DNA from: a virus
Length of the DNA: 64,000 nt
Strand: one strand, 5' to 3'
IMG/VR virus record: IMGVR_UViG_3300013093_000022
Span: 1-64,000 of that record
Shown: one piece after another, positions 17,688 through 26,160 of the stretch
How the letters are laid out: each line of letters opens with the position of its first letter
Numbering within the stretch: the stretch's first letter is position 1
Program-made: the position numbers and the translations under genes
The notes under the pieces: generated by a model
What the model was told of the DNA's origin: nothing
What the model saw: only the letters and a program-made list of their open reading frames with translations
The model's database searches: none

Positions 17688-18309
17688 GCGACCCCTTCCA
17701 CGAGTCGGCCCAGTGGTGTACCGCGTAGATCCACGGGTTGGATTCTAGCAGCCTTCCCCGGTTGTGCTGTCCCGACTCGGTGTCTTTGTTGAAGAACTCC
17801 TTCACCGTCCAGTGGTACGGGAAGAAGCAGGCCGGGGGCAGCAGTAAGAGGTCGGAACGGTTGCGGACGCACTCATCGAAGGCCATGACACCCGACCACA
17901 GTGTCCCGTCGTTGTGGCGCTTCAGCGACAACTCGATGACCTGCTTGAGGGCGAGGTGCCCGGCCATCGCGCCGAACATGGCGTTGCAGACGCAGTCCTT
18001 GTCCTGCCAGCAGGCGAACATGGACGCCCCCAGCAGAGGGTCAAGCGGCCGCAGGACCTCCATGTCGGAGTCGACATACACGCCGCCCCGCCAGTAGACC
18101 TCCTCGGCCCGGACCAGGTCGGCCAACTGGGCCCCCGACTCGCACGACGACCAGTGGTCGCGGGTCAACGGAAACGCGGCCGGGTCGATCGGGTCGCGCA
18201 GGGTGACGTGCTCCCACGTGGGGTGCAGGCGGCACGCAGCCGACCAGAAGTCCTCGACCGTGCGGGAGGTCTCCTCGGGGACGACCCGGATCAGCCTCTT
18301 CGGGATCAC
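17650..18309 (-). CDS. GT32/DXD-family glycosyltransferase
   Basis: IPKRL, ADLVRAE..Y..GGVYVDSDME, NAMFGA..GH, FFPY, HHW..SW. Confidence 0.85.
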   Translation of the reverse strand: MIPKRLIRVVPEETSRTVEDFWSAACRLHPTWEHVTLRDPIDPAAFPLTRDHWSSCESGAQLADLVRAEEVYWRGGVYVDSDMEVLRPLDPLLGASMFACWQDKDCVCNAMFGAMAGHLALKQVIELSLKRHNDGTLWSGVMAFDECVRNRSDLLLLPPACFFPYHWTVKEFFNKDTESGQHNRGRLLESNPWIYAVHHWADSWKGSREAALGVRAQLS

Positions 18310-18590
18310 GACGAGGCTACCCTGTGGCGGTGGATCATGCGCTGGAGATTGCGCTCGGTCACCCCGCCCCACACGCCCCACCGGGTTCCAGTCCTGACCG
18401 CGAACTGGAGGCACTGCTTCTGAACCGGGCACGACTCGCAGATCCTGCACGCCCTGGCCGCATCCGACGCCGCCCCCTTCTCAGGGAAGAACAGGTCGGG
18501 GTCGACCTGCGAGCACAGGGCCTCCTCCATCCAGTTCTCGGAACGGAGGTGTGCCCTCATCATGCGCGTGACGCCGTCAACGGTTGTCAT
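18306..18590 (-). CDS. whiB: WhiB family transcription factor
   Basis: ALCSQVDPDLFFPEKG, CxxC..C, GVWGG. Confidence 0.93.
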   Translation of the reverse strand: MTTVDGVTRMMRAHLRSENWMEEALCSQVDPDLFFPEKGAASDAARACRICESCPVQKQCLQFAVRTGTRWGVWGGVTERNLQRMIHRHRVASS

Positions 18591-19495
18591 GTCACCTCTC
18601 TGCGTGATTCCAGCATGGACTCAAGGAGCTGCTCCAAGGCGGCGACCGCCTGCAGGGACACCACGCCGTTGCCCACTATACGCAACTGCTGGCTGCGGGT
18701 GATGCCGATCTCCGGGTCGGTGACCCACCCCTTCGGCCAGCCCATCATCCACTCAGAGAACTCCGCCGAGAGCCGGGGGTTCCCGTTCTTGTTCGGCTCG
18801 GTCGGCAGCGGTGCCGGGCGGGTGATGCCCTCCCACCTCCGGATGGCCGCCTCATACCTGCCCCACTGCACGTCCACCAAGCCGGCCACGTCCCACAGCC
18901 TGCTCGCCCCGCCCTCGCCGGTGGGCTTGGTCACGTCGTCCCACTCCACGGGCCTCCTGCCGCCCTCGCCGTCGCTCACTGTCCTCATCCCTCCCCCCTC
19001 GTCGCCCGCCGTGGGGGTCGGAAGGTAATGGCTGATCGCGTCCAACGACGGCGCCATGTCGATCAGCTTCACTTGGTGCCCCTGACGCCTGGCGTCGTCA
19101 ACCTGGCCGCCGCCTCGGTTGCCCTCGGTCGCCGAGGGGGTGGGCAGCAGCTCTACGGCGACGGCGTTCAGCGGCGGCGTGTTGCGCCGGTACTGGGCGG
19201 GACCGGCGTTGTTGGCGGCGTCCTGCGCGGTCGGCGTGGGGAAGAGCTCGTTCACGACGACCTCCCGGAGGTTGCGGCACCCGCCTTGGGTCTCGGCCAG
19301 CTTCTCCGGCGAGCGCACGTGGTCGACCCGGTCGAAGGCCTGCGGGGTGGGGAGGAGTTTGTTCTCGGTGCCGAAGCACACCGCGTCCGACAGCGAGACC
19401 TGGTGGCCCTTGCGCTTGTCCGGGTGGGTGCTGCCGTGCTTCCCCATCTCGGCGTTCGGCGTGGGCAGCAGCGGGAAGTCGACGGGGTCAGCCAT
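18587..19495 (-). CDS. C5 DNA methyltransferase C-terminal part (5 LLPTP modules plus motifs IX-X)
   Basis: RLSAEFSEWMMGWPKGW (IX) and QLRIVGNGVV (X). Confidence 0.8.
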   Translation of the reverse strand: MADPVDFPLLPTPNAEMGKHGSTHPDKRKGHQVSLSDAVCFGTENKLLPTPQAFDRVDHVRSPEKLAETQGGCRNLREVVVNELFPTPTAQDAANNAGPAQYRRNTPPLNAVAVELLPTPSATEGNRGGGQVDDARRQGHQVKLIDMAPSLDAISHYLPTPTAGDEGGGMRTVSDGEGGRRPVEWDDVTKPTGEGGASRLWDVAGLVDVQWGRYEAAIRRWEGITRPAPLPTEPNKNGNPRLSAEFSEWMMGWPKGWVTDPEIGITRSQQLRIVGNGVVSLQAVAALEQLLESMLESRREVT

Positions 19496-20681
19496 CGTCG
19501 CGCGCCCCAGCGGAGGAGAAGTCGGGCCGCTCGTCGACCGTGCCCTCGTGGGCGCGAAGCACCGCAGCGCCCAACGAGTCGCCCCGGGGCCCGTAGCTGC
19601 CGACGCCCCTCTCCTTCTGGCTGCGGCGGCTCTCGTCCCACTCGGCGAGCGTCATCCCGCCGGAGGAGAGGCGGTCGACCACGCACGGGGTCGGCAGCAG
19701 CGCGGCGTCGCGGGGCATGTCCACCTCCACGGCTGCCGCCAGGCGGGGCACCCGCACGCTCGGGTCGTGGGCACCGCCCGTCGACGCGCCCCGGCCGTCG
19801 CTGGTCGTCGGGGTGGGGAGCAGCGACTGGGCCAGGCCGATCCGCTGCGCCTCCACCGACAGCGAACGGCCGTGGCCGTTTCCGTTGCCGTGCTTCTCCT
19901 TCAGCTCGGCGCACCACTCGTCGTAGCGGGCCGGGTTGGTGCCGACCTCCTTGGCGACGGGCGTCGGCAGCAGGTCGTGAACCGCCACCTGCGGCAGGTT
20001 CAACTGGTGGCCCTTGGCGCGGCGCTGGTCAGGGGTTGACGTCTGGCCGCCCGTGCCGTCACCGGCCTGCGGGGTGGGGAGGAGCCCCGACACGGCACCG
20101 GCCAGCTTGAGCCGGGTGCCCTCGCCCCGGTGGGTCTCCATAGAGCCGCCGTCCGCCGACTGCGGGGTGGGCAGCAGGGGATCGGCGGCCAGGCGGTAGG
20201 CGACGGTGGGCAGGTCCACGGGCCGGTGGGCGCGGGAGGGCCGCTCAGGCGATCCAGCGATGGAGTCGACGGCGGCGGGAGTGGGCAGCAGGCTCAGGTC
20301 GCCCGGCGCGGAGGGGGCATCATCGCCGCCACGGACGGCATCAGCGCCACCGCGTTCTCCAGGTTGTTGTACACCGGCTGGCCGTCCGGGCCGTAGCGGT
20401 AGGTTCCCCAGGCCGGCCGGTTTCGACCTCGTGTTTGACCCCTTGTTCGGCGCGTCCGGTGCCGTGTCCGGCGTGTGGAAGAGCGTCAACTGCGAGGATG
20501 AAGACTCGCTCCCTCCGGTGGGGGGCTCCGACGCTGGAAGCGGCAAGAGTTGTCCAGACCGCGTCATACCCGATTTGGGCCAGGTCGCCGAGTACGGCTC
20601 CGGCTGCCCGGAGAACAGGCTGATCTGCTCCTTCTCCCACAACTGGGTCGACGGGTTCCACATCGCGATGGGCTTTGGCAC
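19488..20681 (-). CDS. overprinted methyltransferase-associated protein with 6-7 LLPTP modules
   Basis: starts inside the MTase N-half in another frame (YSATWPKSGMTRSG); the same frame is conserved in the 9.6-kb copy. Confidence 0.7.
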   Translation of the reverse strand: MPKPIAMWNPSTQLWEKEQISLFSGQPEPYSATWPKSGMTRSGQLLPLPASEPPTGGSESSSSQLTLFHTPDTAPDAPNKGSNTRSKPAGLGNLPLRPGRPAGVQQPGERGGADAVRGGDDAPSAPGDLSLLPTPAAVDSIAGSPERPSRAHRPVDLPTVAYRLAADPLLPTPQSADGGSMETHRGEGTRLKLAGAVSGLLPTPQAGDGTGGQTSTPDQRRAKGHQLNLPQVAVHDLLPTPVAKEVGTNPARYDEWCAELKEKHGNGNGHGRSLSVEAQRIGLAQSLLPTPTTSDGRGASTGGAHDPSVRVPRLAAAVEVDMPRDAALLPTPCVVDRLSSGGMTLAEWDESRRSQKERGVGSYGPRGDSLGAAVLRAHEGTVDERPDFSSAGARDDG

Positions 20682-21057
20682 TGAGGAGTCCTCTCACGTT
20701 CTCGATGATCACCACACGGGGCCTGAGCTCGGCGATCGCCTCGGCGAACACGGACCACAGTCCGGACCGGGTGCCGTCCTTGATCCCGGCGCGGCGACCG
20801 GCGGAGGAGACGTCCTGGCATGGGAACCCGCCGCACAGGATGTCCACCGGCTCCACCTCGGACCAGTCGACGGCGCTGATGTCGCCCAGGTTCGGCACCC
20901 CGGGCCAGTGGTGGCTGAGCACCGCCGAGGCGGCCTTGTCGAGCTCGGACTGCCACACCAACTCAGCGCCGAAGACCTCCTCGACGGCCATGTCCAACCC
21001 GCCGGCCCCGGAGAACAGGCTGCCCAGTCTCAACCTACGGGGTTCAGTAACCGCCAA
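20341..21057 (-). CDS. C5 DNA methyltransferase N-terminal part (motifs I-VIII)
   Basis: SLFSGAGG, GDI, GGFPCQDVS, ENV, HRRERVF. Confidence 0.92.
   Translation of the reverse strand: MAVTEPRRLRLGSLFSGAGGLDMAVEEVFGAELVWQSELDKAASAVLSHHWPGVPNLGDISAVDWSEVEPVDILCGGFPCQDVSSAGRRAGIKDGTRSGLWSVFAEAIAELRPRVVIIENVRGLLSAKAHRDVEPVDPVVGEGADQPVLRAAGAVLGDLAQIGYDAVWTTLAASSVGAPHRRERVFILAVDALPHAGHGTGRAEQGVKHEVETGRPGEPTATARTASRCTTTWRTRWR
20665..20760. repeat. 96-bp perfect direct repeat, copy B
   Basis: identical to 9891..9986. Confidence 0.9.
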
Positions 21058-21130
21058 TGGAGTCGCCTCTCAGGAGATGCTGGGTCCACTTTATAGAGGT
21101 GGCCCGCAAAGTTCAACTGAGAGGCCGGGG

Positions 21131-21541
21131 TTAGGCGTCGTTAGAGGCGAGCTCAACCAGTCTGGAGTCAAGTTCGGGCCGGGACTCCTCAACCCACTCG
21201 CCCTCGATCCGACTGATCAATGCGGCCCTCATCACGGTCTCCCCATCGGGCACACCGTTGACGCGGGAGAGGGCCCCCATGACCCCCTGTTCCCTTGACA
21301 GGGCCTGCTCGGCCACCGAGCGGTCGGGGTCGTCGAAGAAAATCTCGTCAAGGGCCCACCTGTCGCCGCCGTCCCTGACGAAGACGCCGACACCCCACAC
21401 CTGCCCCAGGTTCAACTCGCTGACGACGTGCGCCGCGATGCTGGGGGCCAGGGCCAGGATGGCCAGCCGGAGCTCTGACTTCATCCCGTCGTCGGCGTAG
21501 CTCTGGATCGCCTGTGTGACGGCGTCCTGCAACTCAGTCAT
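21131..21541 (-). CDS. hypothetical protein
   Basis: packed ORF. Confidence 0.65.
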   Translation of the reverse strand: MTELQDAVTQAIQSYADDGMKSELRLAILALAPSIAAHVVSELNLGQVWGVGVFVRDGGDRWALDEIFFDDPDRSVAEQALSREQGVMGALSRVNGVPDGETVMRAALISRIEGEWVEESRPELDSRLVELASNDA

Positions 21542-21725
21542 TCCGCGCCTTCCTGCCGAGGGACTCCAGTGTGGACCTCTGAGACTCTACACGGGCGACG
21601 AGGTTCTCCACCAGACGGATGACCCTGTCGGTCAACACCCCCGGGGAGTCGGCGTCGTCGATCAACCCTCCCCTGACCGCCCACTGGCGGAGGGCCTGGC
21701 AGTCGGCGCACGACCAGTCAGGCAC
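21534..21725 (-). CDS. hypothetical protein
   Basis: packed ORF, CxxC. Confidence 0.55.
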   Translation of the reverse strand: MPDWSCADCQALRQWAVRGGLIDDADSPGVLTDRVIRLVENLVARVESQRSTLESLGRKARND

Positions 21726-22194
21726 GGCACGACTCCCTCACCGACGTCGACGCCCCCAGGATCCGCAGGGCCAGACCGGCCTCGGGCCCCATGACCCGAG
21801 AGAGGAGGTCAATGTGGGCGGCCACGAACTCGGGGCCGTGGCTCTCCCGGGACGACCGGCTCAGGTGGTGGGCCAACTCGTGCAGGATCACGGTCTCCCG
21901 CATCGCCCACCGGCTGCCGTCGTCGTGCACCGCGATCACCCCGCCGCGCTCGTAGTGGGCCTTCTGGGCCCCCTTACGGCGTCGCACGCGGACCGGCGGT
22001 GCGCCCACCATGTCGGTGACCCGGTCGCAGTAGGCCTGGACCGACTCGAGCGACCCGAACCTCGCCTCGGGGGGCAGGGTCATCGCCACCCCCTCGATCT
22101 CGACCATCGGGTTGCCCGACCTCTCGGCACGCTCGAACAGGTCGCGGAGGACGAACTCGGCCCCGTACACGCCGCCCCTCTGGGAGTCCCTCAC
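21718..22194 (-). CDS. HExxH metallohydrolase (TIGR04338/Rv0185-like)
   Basis: RDSQR..VY.AE, EARFGS, AMRETVILHELAHH, HGPEF. Confidence 0.85.
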   Translation of the reverse strand: MRDSQRGGVYGAEFVLRDLFERAERSGNPMVEIEGVAMTLPPEARFGSLESVQAYCDRVTDMVGAPPVRVRRRKGAQKAHYERGGVIAVHDDGSRWAMRETVILHELAHHLSRSSRESHGPEFVAAHIDLLSRVMGPEAGLALRILGASTSVRESCRA

Positions 22195-23213
22195 GCCCCG
22201 ATCTCCCTCTTGTTCGCGATCGAGCCACGGCCGCCCAGGCTGGCGCTGTCGGCGGCCCGGCCACCGGCCTCGCGGGCACCGTAGGAGGTGGCACCCGAGT
22301 GGCCGCCACGGTAGGTGCCCCGGGCGCGGGCCTTGGCCGGGGCGTAGAAATCGGCGACCGCCTGCTTCTTGGAGGCCAGCACCAACTCAGTGCCCGAGTT
22401 GCGGGACTGGTCGTCGAGCGCGGCCACGTACTCGGCCAGGATCTCCCGGGTCCAGTCGTCGCCGGTGTCGCGCAGCAACTCCATCACCTCGATGACCGTG
22501 CTGGACGTGTCGTCCAGGTCGTCGAGGTCGAGCCCGTGACGGACACGGAACCAGACACTGAACTCGGGGGTGGGGACGCCCTCCTCGTCGAGGTGGGGCC
22601 GGTCGGCCCTCTCCTTCTCGGCGTCGATGATGGCCTGCTCGCGCTCACGCTTGGCTAGGGCCAGGCGGCGCGAGATCCGGGACGAGAAACCGTCCTGGAA
22701 GTTGAGACGGGCGGTCAGCCACGGCACCGGCACGTAGCCGCCGGGAATCCACTCGCAGTCTGGGCCGCGACCGTAGTGTCCGTCGCGGTACACAGTCTCC
22801 TTTTTCCACTCGTTCGACTTCTTGAACGCCTCCACGAAGTTGTGGAGTTGGATCGTCAGCGAGGCGAACAGGGCCTCGGAGACGTCGATGTCCTCGGCGA
22901 ACCCGAAGGCGTACACGCGGGTGGCGTTTGAGGCGATGGTCACCTCGATGTCGTTGGCGGCCGCGATTCCCAGATAGAGGTCGGTGAGGGTTCTCAGGCC
23001 CCTGCTGCCCCGTTCGCCGATGTGGATTGTGCGCTGGACCGGGACGGTGCGCTGCTTCTGCACCGTGGCGTGCCGGGCCCGGGCCAGGTCGACCGAGTGC
23101 AGGGTCGCCAACGACTGGGCCTTCTCCATGAAGACCGCCGCCTCGGACTCGGTCCCAGCGTTCTCCGCTTGGTTGAGAAGTTTCGAGATCTTTTCGAGCA
23201 TTGATTGACTCAT
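22191..23213 (-). CDS. DUF2786 domain protein (Rv0184-like), probably leaderless
   Basis: MLEKISKLLNQAE..T..EA..F..KAQ.L; ATG 9 nt after promoter GTT. Confidence 0.85.
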   Translation of the reverse strand: MSQSMLEKISKLLNQAENAGTESEAAVFMEKAQSLATLHSVDLARARHATVQKQRTVPVQRTIHIGERGSRGLRTLTDLYLGIAAANDIEVTIASNATRVYAFGFAEDIDVSEALFASLTIQLHNFVEAFKKSNEWKKETVYRDGHYGRGPDCEWIPGGYVPVPWLTARLNFQDGFSSRISRRLALAKREREQAIIDAEKERADRPHLDEEGVPTPEFSVWFRVRHGLDLDDLDDTSSTVIEVMELLRDTGDDWTREILAEYVAALDDQSRNSGTELVLASKKQAVADFYAPAKARARGTYRGGHSGATSYGAREAGGRAADSASLGGRGSIANKREIGA

Positions 23214-23222
23214 AACCGTTCC

Positions 23223-23249
23223 AACCATAGACACCCAGACTTTATTCCC
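23223..23249 (-). promoter_or_regulatory. ECF-type promoter motif copy 8
   Basis: GGGAATAAAgtctgggtgtctatgGTTGGAACGGTTATG. Confidence 0.8.
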
Positions 23250-23451
23250 GGCCCGGGAAAATCTTTTTCACCCTCTCGGGCCGGAAGCTGCGCCAGCAGT
23301 AGTGGCCGGGTGGGCCGCCGACGAAGGTCAGCGACAGCCTCCCATCCTTCGAGTAGGTGGCGTACTTGTACTTGAACCTGCCCCTCTCGTGGGTGATGGC
23401 CATGACCATCCCGGGCTCGATCACCTGGCGCTTGATCCTGATCTCTGTCAC
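23242..23451 (-). CDS. hypothetical protein (WRSFRPERVK)
   Basis: AAGGAG RBS; stop lies in promoter motif. Confidence 0.7.
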   Translation of the reverse strand: MTEIRIKRQVIEPGMVMAITHERGRFKYKYATYSKDGRLSLTFVGGPPGHYCWRSFRPERVKKIFPGRE

Positions 23452-23755
23452 GCGGGGAACTCCTTCTCGATGCGATCAGATTCCACCATTATATATTTGC
23501 AGCCATAAAGAAACCCCTGATCAGAAGCCAAAAACGAGTTAGCTGGAAGTGTTCGTGCAGCACAGAAAAAAGATCAAAAAAGTTCTTGACATTGGAACAC
23601 AACAGGATTCGCCGGACAAGGGTCAACAGCAAAACAGCCCCACCTGGGGCTTAGCGAACCTCAATCACACCCAGGCGCAGCAGCACCGCGTACAGGTGGA
23701 CGACAGGGCACCTCAACAGACGGACGAGGGCCTGGTGTGCCTCCACACCCTTTGC

Positions 23756-24217
23756 TCACTCGACTATGGCGGCGATACATCCGATGCTGCCCAAGACGTC
23801 CTGGATGACGGCGGCGGTTCCCGGCGACGAACACGACACCACGATCGGGCGGCTCCCCTTAGCCCACCCGGCCTCGACGCGCAGTCCGGTCGGCCGGGCC
23901 CTCACCGGGTCCAGGATCTCAGCCAACGGCAGCTCGGCCGCCGCCTGGGCCTCTCGCCGGGTGTCGTACCAGTGCTGCAGGGTCCAACCCCGGCTCGGGT
24001 GGTTGTACCAGTGCTGCCACACCAAGTCGTCGGTGTGGTTCACGACGGCATGGATCAGTTCGATGTGCCAAACGCTCTTCAGCGTGGCACGGCGGAACCT
24101 GTGTCCGCCACGGCCGTGCTCCCGCCGGAACCGCCTCACGTCGCGCTGCAAAGAGTCGACGACCGGGTCGTCGTCGTTGCTTCTTACCCGCTGCCACCGA
24201 TAGGCGTCAAAATCCAC
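23756..24217 (-). CDS. hypothetical protein
   Basis: ORF in expected orientation. Confidence 0.5.
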   Translation of the reverse strand: MDFDAYRWQRVRSNDDDPVVDSLQRDVRRFRREHGRGGHRFRRATLKSVWHIELIHAVVNHTDDLVWQHWYNHPSRGWTLQHWYDTRREAQAAAELPLAEILDPVRARPTGLRVEAGWAKGSRPIVVSCSSPGTAAVIQDVLGSIGCIAAIVE

Positions 24218-24361
24218 ACCGGGAAGGCTACCAATGCCACTTGCCGGTTGTCACACGGTCGGCGATCTCAGTGCCCAGGTGCAGGGTGCCGTAGAGCGAC
24301 AGGAAGGCCACCAGAAGCACCGCCGCGACCGTCACCGGGGGGCCTCAGTGGTTTCCGCGAG

Positions 24362-25138
24362 TCATGACTTCGTGGCCTTGCTCGACTGGGGGGCGATGAT
24401 GTCCCCTTGGTCGGCCAGGAGTTTGGCGTACTCACTGAGCCGGATCCTCGCCTGGCCGGCCGACAGGCCGGGGCCGCCGCCCCACGAGGTGCCCCAACTG
24501 TTGAGAATCACCACGTAGTCGTCGGCCGACAGGCCGGGCAGCGCCCGACCGTACTCGACGCCCTGGATCAGGTACTCGTGTCCGCCCTGGACCGTCTGGT
24601 CGTTCAGCGGGCCGACCGTGATGATCCCGGTGCTCAGGTCGGGGGTGAACATCGACGACGTCCACGACGTGCCGGTGATGACCGGCTGGGTCTGGATCGC
24701 GGCCTGGAACTGGGGAACCGTGTAGCAGTGCAGGTAGCTCTCGATGTAGCTCAGCGACTGGGCGGCCTTCGCGACGCCCAGACCCGACGAGCCTTGGTCG
24801 TTCGGCGGGTAGTACTGGTCGGGGCCGAAGCCGTCGAGGTGTGTCGCGAGGCTGTAGAGGCCCAAGGCGTCCTTCTCGTCGAGCGAGACCTTCCCCTCCC
24901 GGCACGGGGCGAACATGTGGCAGTTCAGGAGCTGTGCCATCGCGTTGCCTGTGCACGACCCGACCTGACCCTGGTTGAGGACCGGCGTGTTGTGGGTCCA
25001 GACGACGGTCTTCCTGACGACCGACGCGGGGTCGGCCTCAAAGGTGAAGGCCCGACTCCGGCTGTCGTGCTCGACGTGCCGGGACAGCGGGTACGGGGTG
25101 TCGATCTTGGCGAACCTGTGCAGGAAAGTGTGGGTCAC
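24362..25138 (-). CDS. papain-like (C1A) cysteine peptidase
   Basis: NQGQVGSCTGNA (Q/C), GGHEY (H), LNSWGTSWG (N); GAGGAGG RBS. Confidence 0.85.
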   Translation of the reverse strand: MTHTFLHRFAKIDTPYPLSRHVEHDSRSRAFTFEADPASVVRKTVVWTHNTPVLNQGQVGSCTGNAMAQLLNCHMFAPCREGKVSLDEKDALGLYSLATHLDGFGPDQYYPPNDQGSSGLGVAKAAQSLSYIESYLHCYTVPQFQAAIQTQPVITGTSWTSSMFTPDLSTGIITVGPLNDQTVQGGHEYLIQGVEYGRALPGLSADDYVVILNSWGTSWGGGPGLSAGQARIRLSEYAKLLADQGDIIAPQSSKATKS

Positions 25139-25209
25139 TGTGCCTCCTCACCCTTAGATGGGGCGGGGCGGGTCGCCGCACATCGCAGCCTTCGGCGACC
25201 CGGCACCGG

Positions 25210-25473
25210 CTACTGGGACTTCAGGATCTCAGCCAGCCTACTCTGGGCCACCTCAAGATCGTAACGAGCCGAGTTCAATTTCATCTCGGCGTCGGCCACG
25301 GCCAACTCGGCCCGCTCCCTCTTGTACTCAGGGGTTGACTCCCGCGCCGCTTGGGCCTCCACGCACGACTTGTGGGCCATCATGTTGTCCCTGAAGTGGC
25401 GCAGCGGAGGGGTCGGGGTCTCTATCTGCTGGTGGCATATCCCGCACGGGCCGTACCCCTCAAGAATCGCCAC
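25210..25473 (-). CDS. hypothetical protein, CxxC..HxxC plus coiled coil
   Basis: packed ORF. Confidence 0.6.
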   Translation of the reverse strand: MAILEGYGPCGICHQQIETPTPPLRHFRDNMMAHKSCVEAQAARESTPEYKRERAELAVADAEMKLNSARYDLEVAQSRLAEILKSQ

Positions 25474-25633
25474 CGGTCTCTCCCATCTCCTGCTCCTTCA
25501 AGGCTATCGCGTGGGCCATGAACGCCTCGGCGTCCTCCCTGTACACGAAGCTGCCGACGTCTTGGGCCTTCCACTCGTCGTTGACGATGTAGACGGTCTC
25601 CTCGTAGATCTTGAACCCCTCTGCGGCCTTCAC
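25460..25633 (-). CDS. hypothetical protein
   Basis: AAGGGGG RBS, start VKAAEGF. Confidence 0.55.
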   Translation of the reverse strand: MKAAEGFKIYEETVYIVNDEWKAQDVGSFVYREDAEAFMAHAIALKEQEMGETGGDS

Positions 25634-25644
25634 CGAGCCCCCTT

Positions 25645-26058
25645 TCAGTAGATGTTCTTCTTGCGCGGCTCGTCGCTGATCGTGCCGTCGGGCCGGATGA
25701 ACCCGGGCTCCTCCAAGACGCCTTTGGTGATCTCGAACTGCTGCCGGTCGTGGTCGAACTCGGCCAGCTTCGTCACCCGGTCGTTCACGATCACCCTCGG
25801 GATCCAGTACAGGTTGTTGTCGGCCGGGTCGTCGGCCACCTCGGGGTCCCACTGGACCGAGACGATGAGCCCGATCTCGGCGCACCGGTTGATGGCCTCC
25901 TGCTCGAAGGCGAACTTGATGTCCGACTCCTGCTTCAGTGAGCTGACCCCCCGGAACGAGTGCTTCACCCGCAACTGGTAGACGATCTCCTGGAGCCTCT
26001 TGCGCTCCGAGTCGTACAGGTCCTTGATGCCGTCGCTGCGGCCCTGACTCATCTTCAT
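25645..26058 (-). CDS. hypothetical protein
   Basis: typical codon usage; TAAGAT -10-like element just upstream. Confidence 0.75.
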   Translation of the reverse strand: MKMSQGRSDGIKDLYDSERKRLQEIVYQLRVKHSFRGVSSLKQESDIKFAFEQEAINRCAEIGLIVSVQWDPEVADDPADNNLYWIPRVIVNDRVTKLAEFDHDRQQFEITKGVLEEPGFIRPDGTISDEPRKKNIY

Positions 26059-26074
26059 GGGGTGATCTTAAGGT

Positions 26075-26107
26075 AAAAGGCCCGGGGGGCACAAAGCCCC
26101 CCGGGCC
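26075..26107 (-). terminator. intrinsic terminator
   Basis: GGCCCGGGGGGC-tttgt-GCCCCCCGGGCC then TTTT on minus strand. Confidence 0.75.
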
Positions 26108-26160
26108 CTGGGCGTCCTCACAGGGGAAGGAGTACCCCGCTGGGACGCCCGAAGCCCTAC

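Noticed and set aside
19010-20485. LLPTP junction repeats as a CRISPR array or DGR
   Set aside because: Repeats vary at synonymous positions, spacers keep the reading frame and vary widely in length, and no reverse transcriptase is present in the window.
23549-24367. 272-aa plus-strand ORF
   Set aside because: Spans an intergenic A-rich tract and is antisense to a plausible minus-strand gene; atypical composition.
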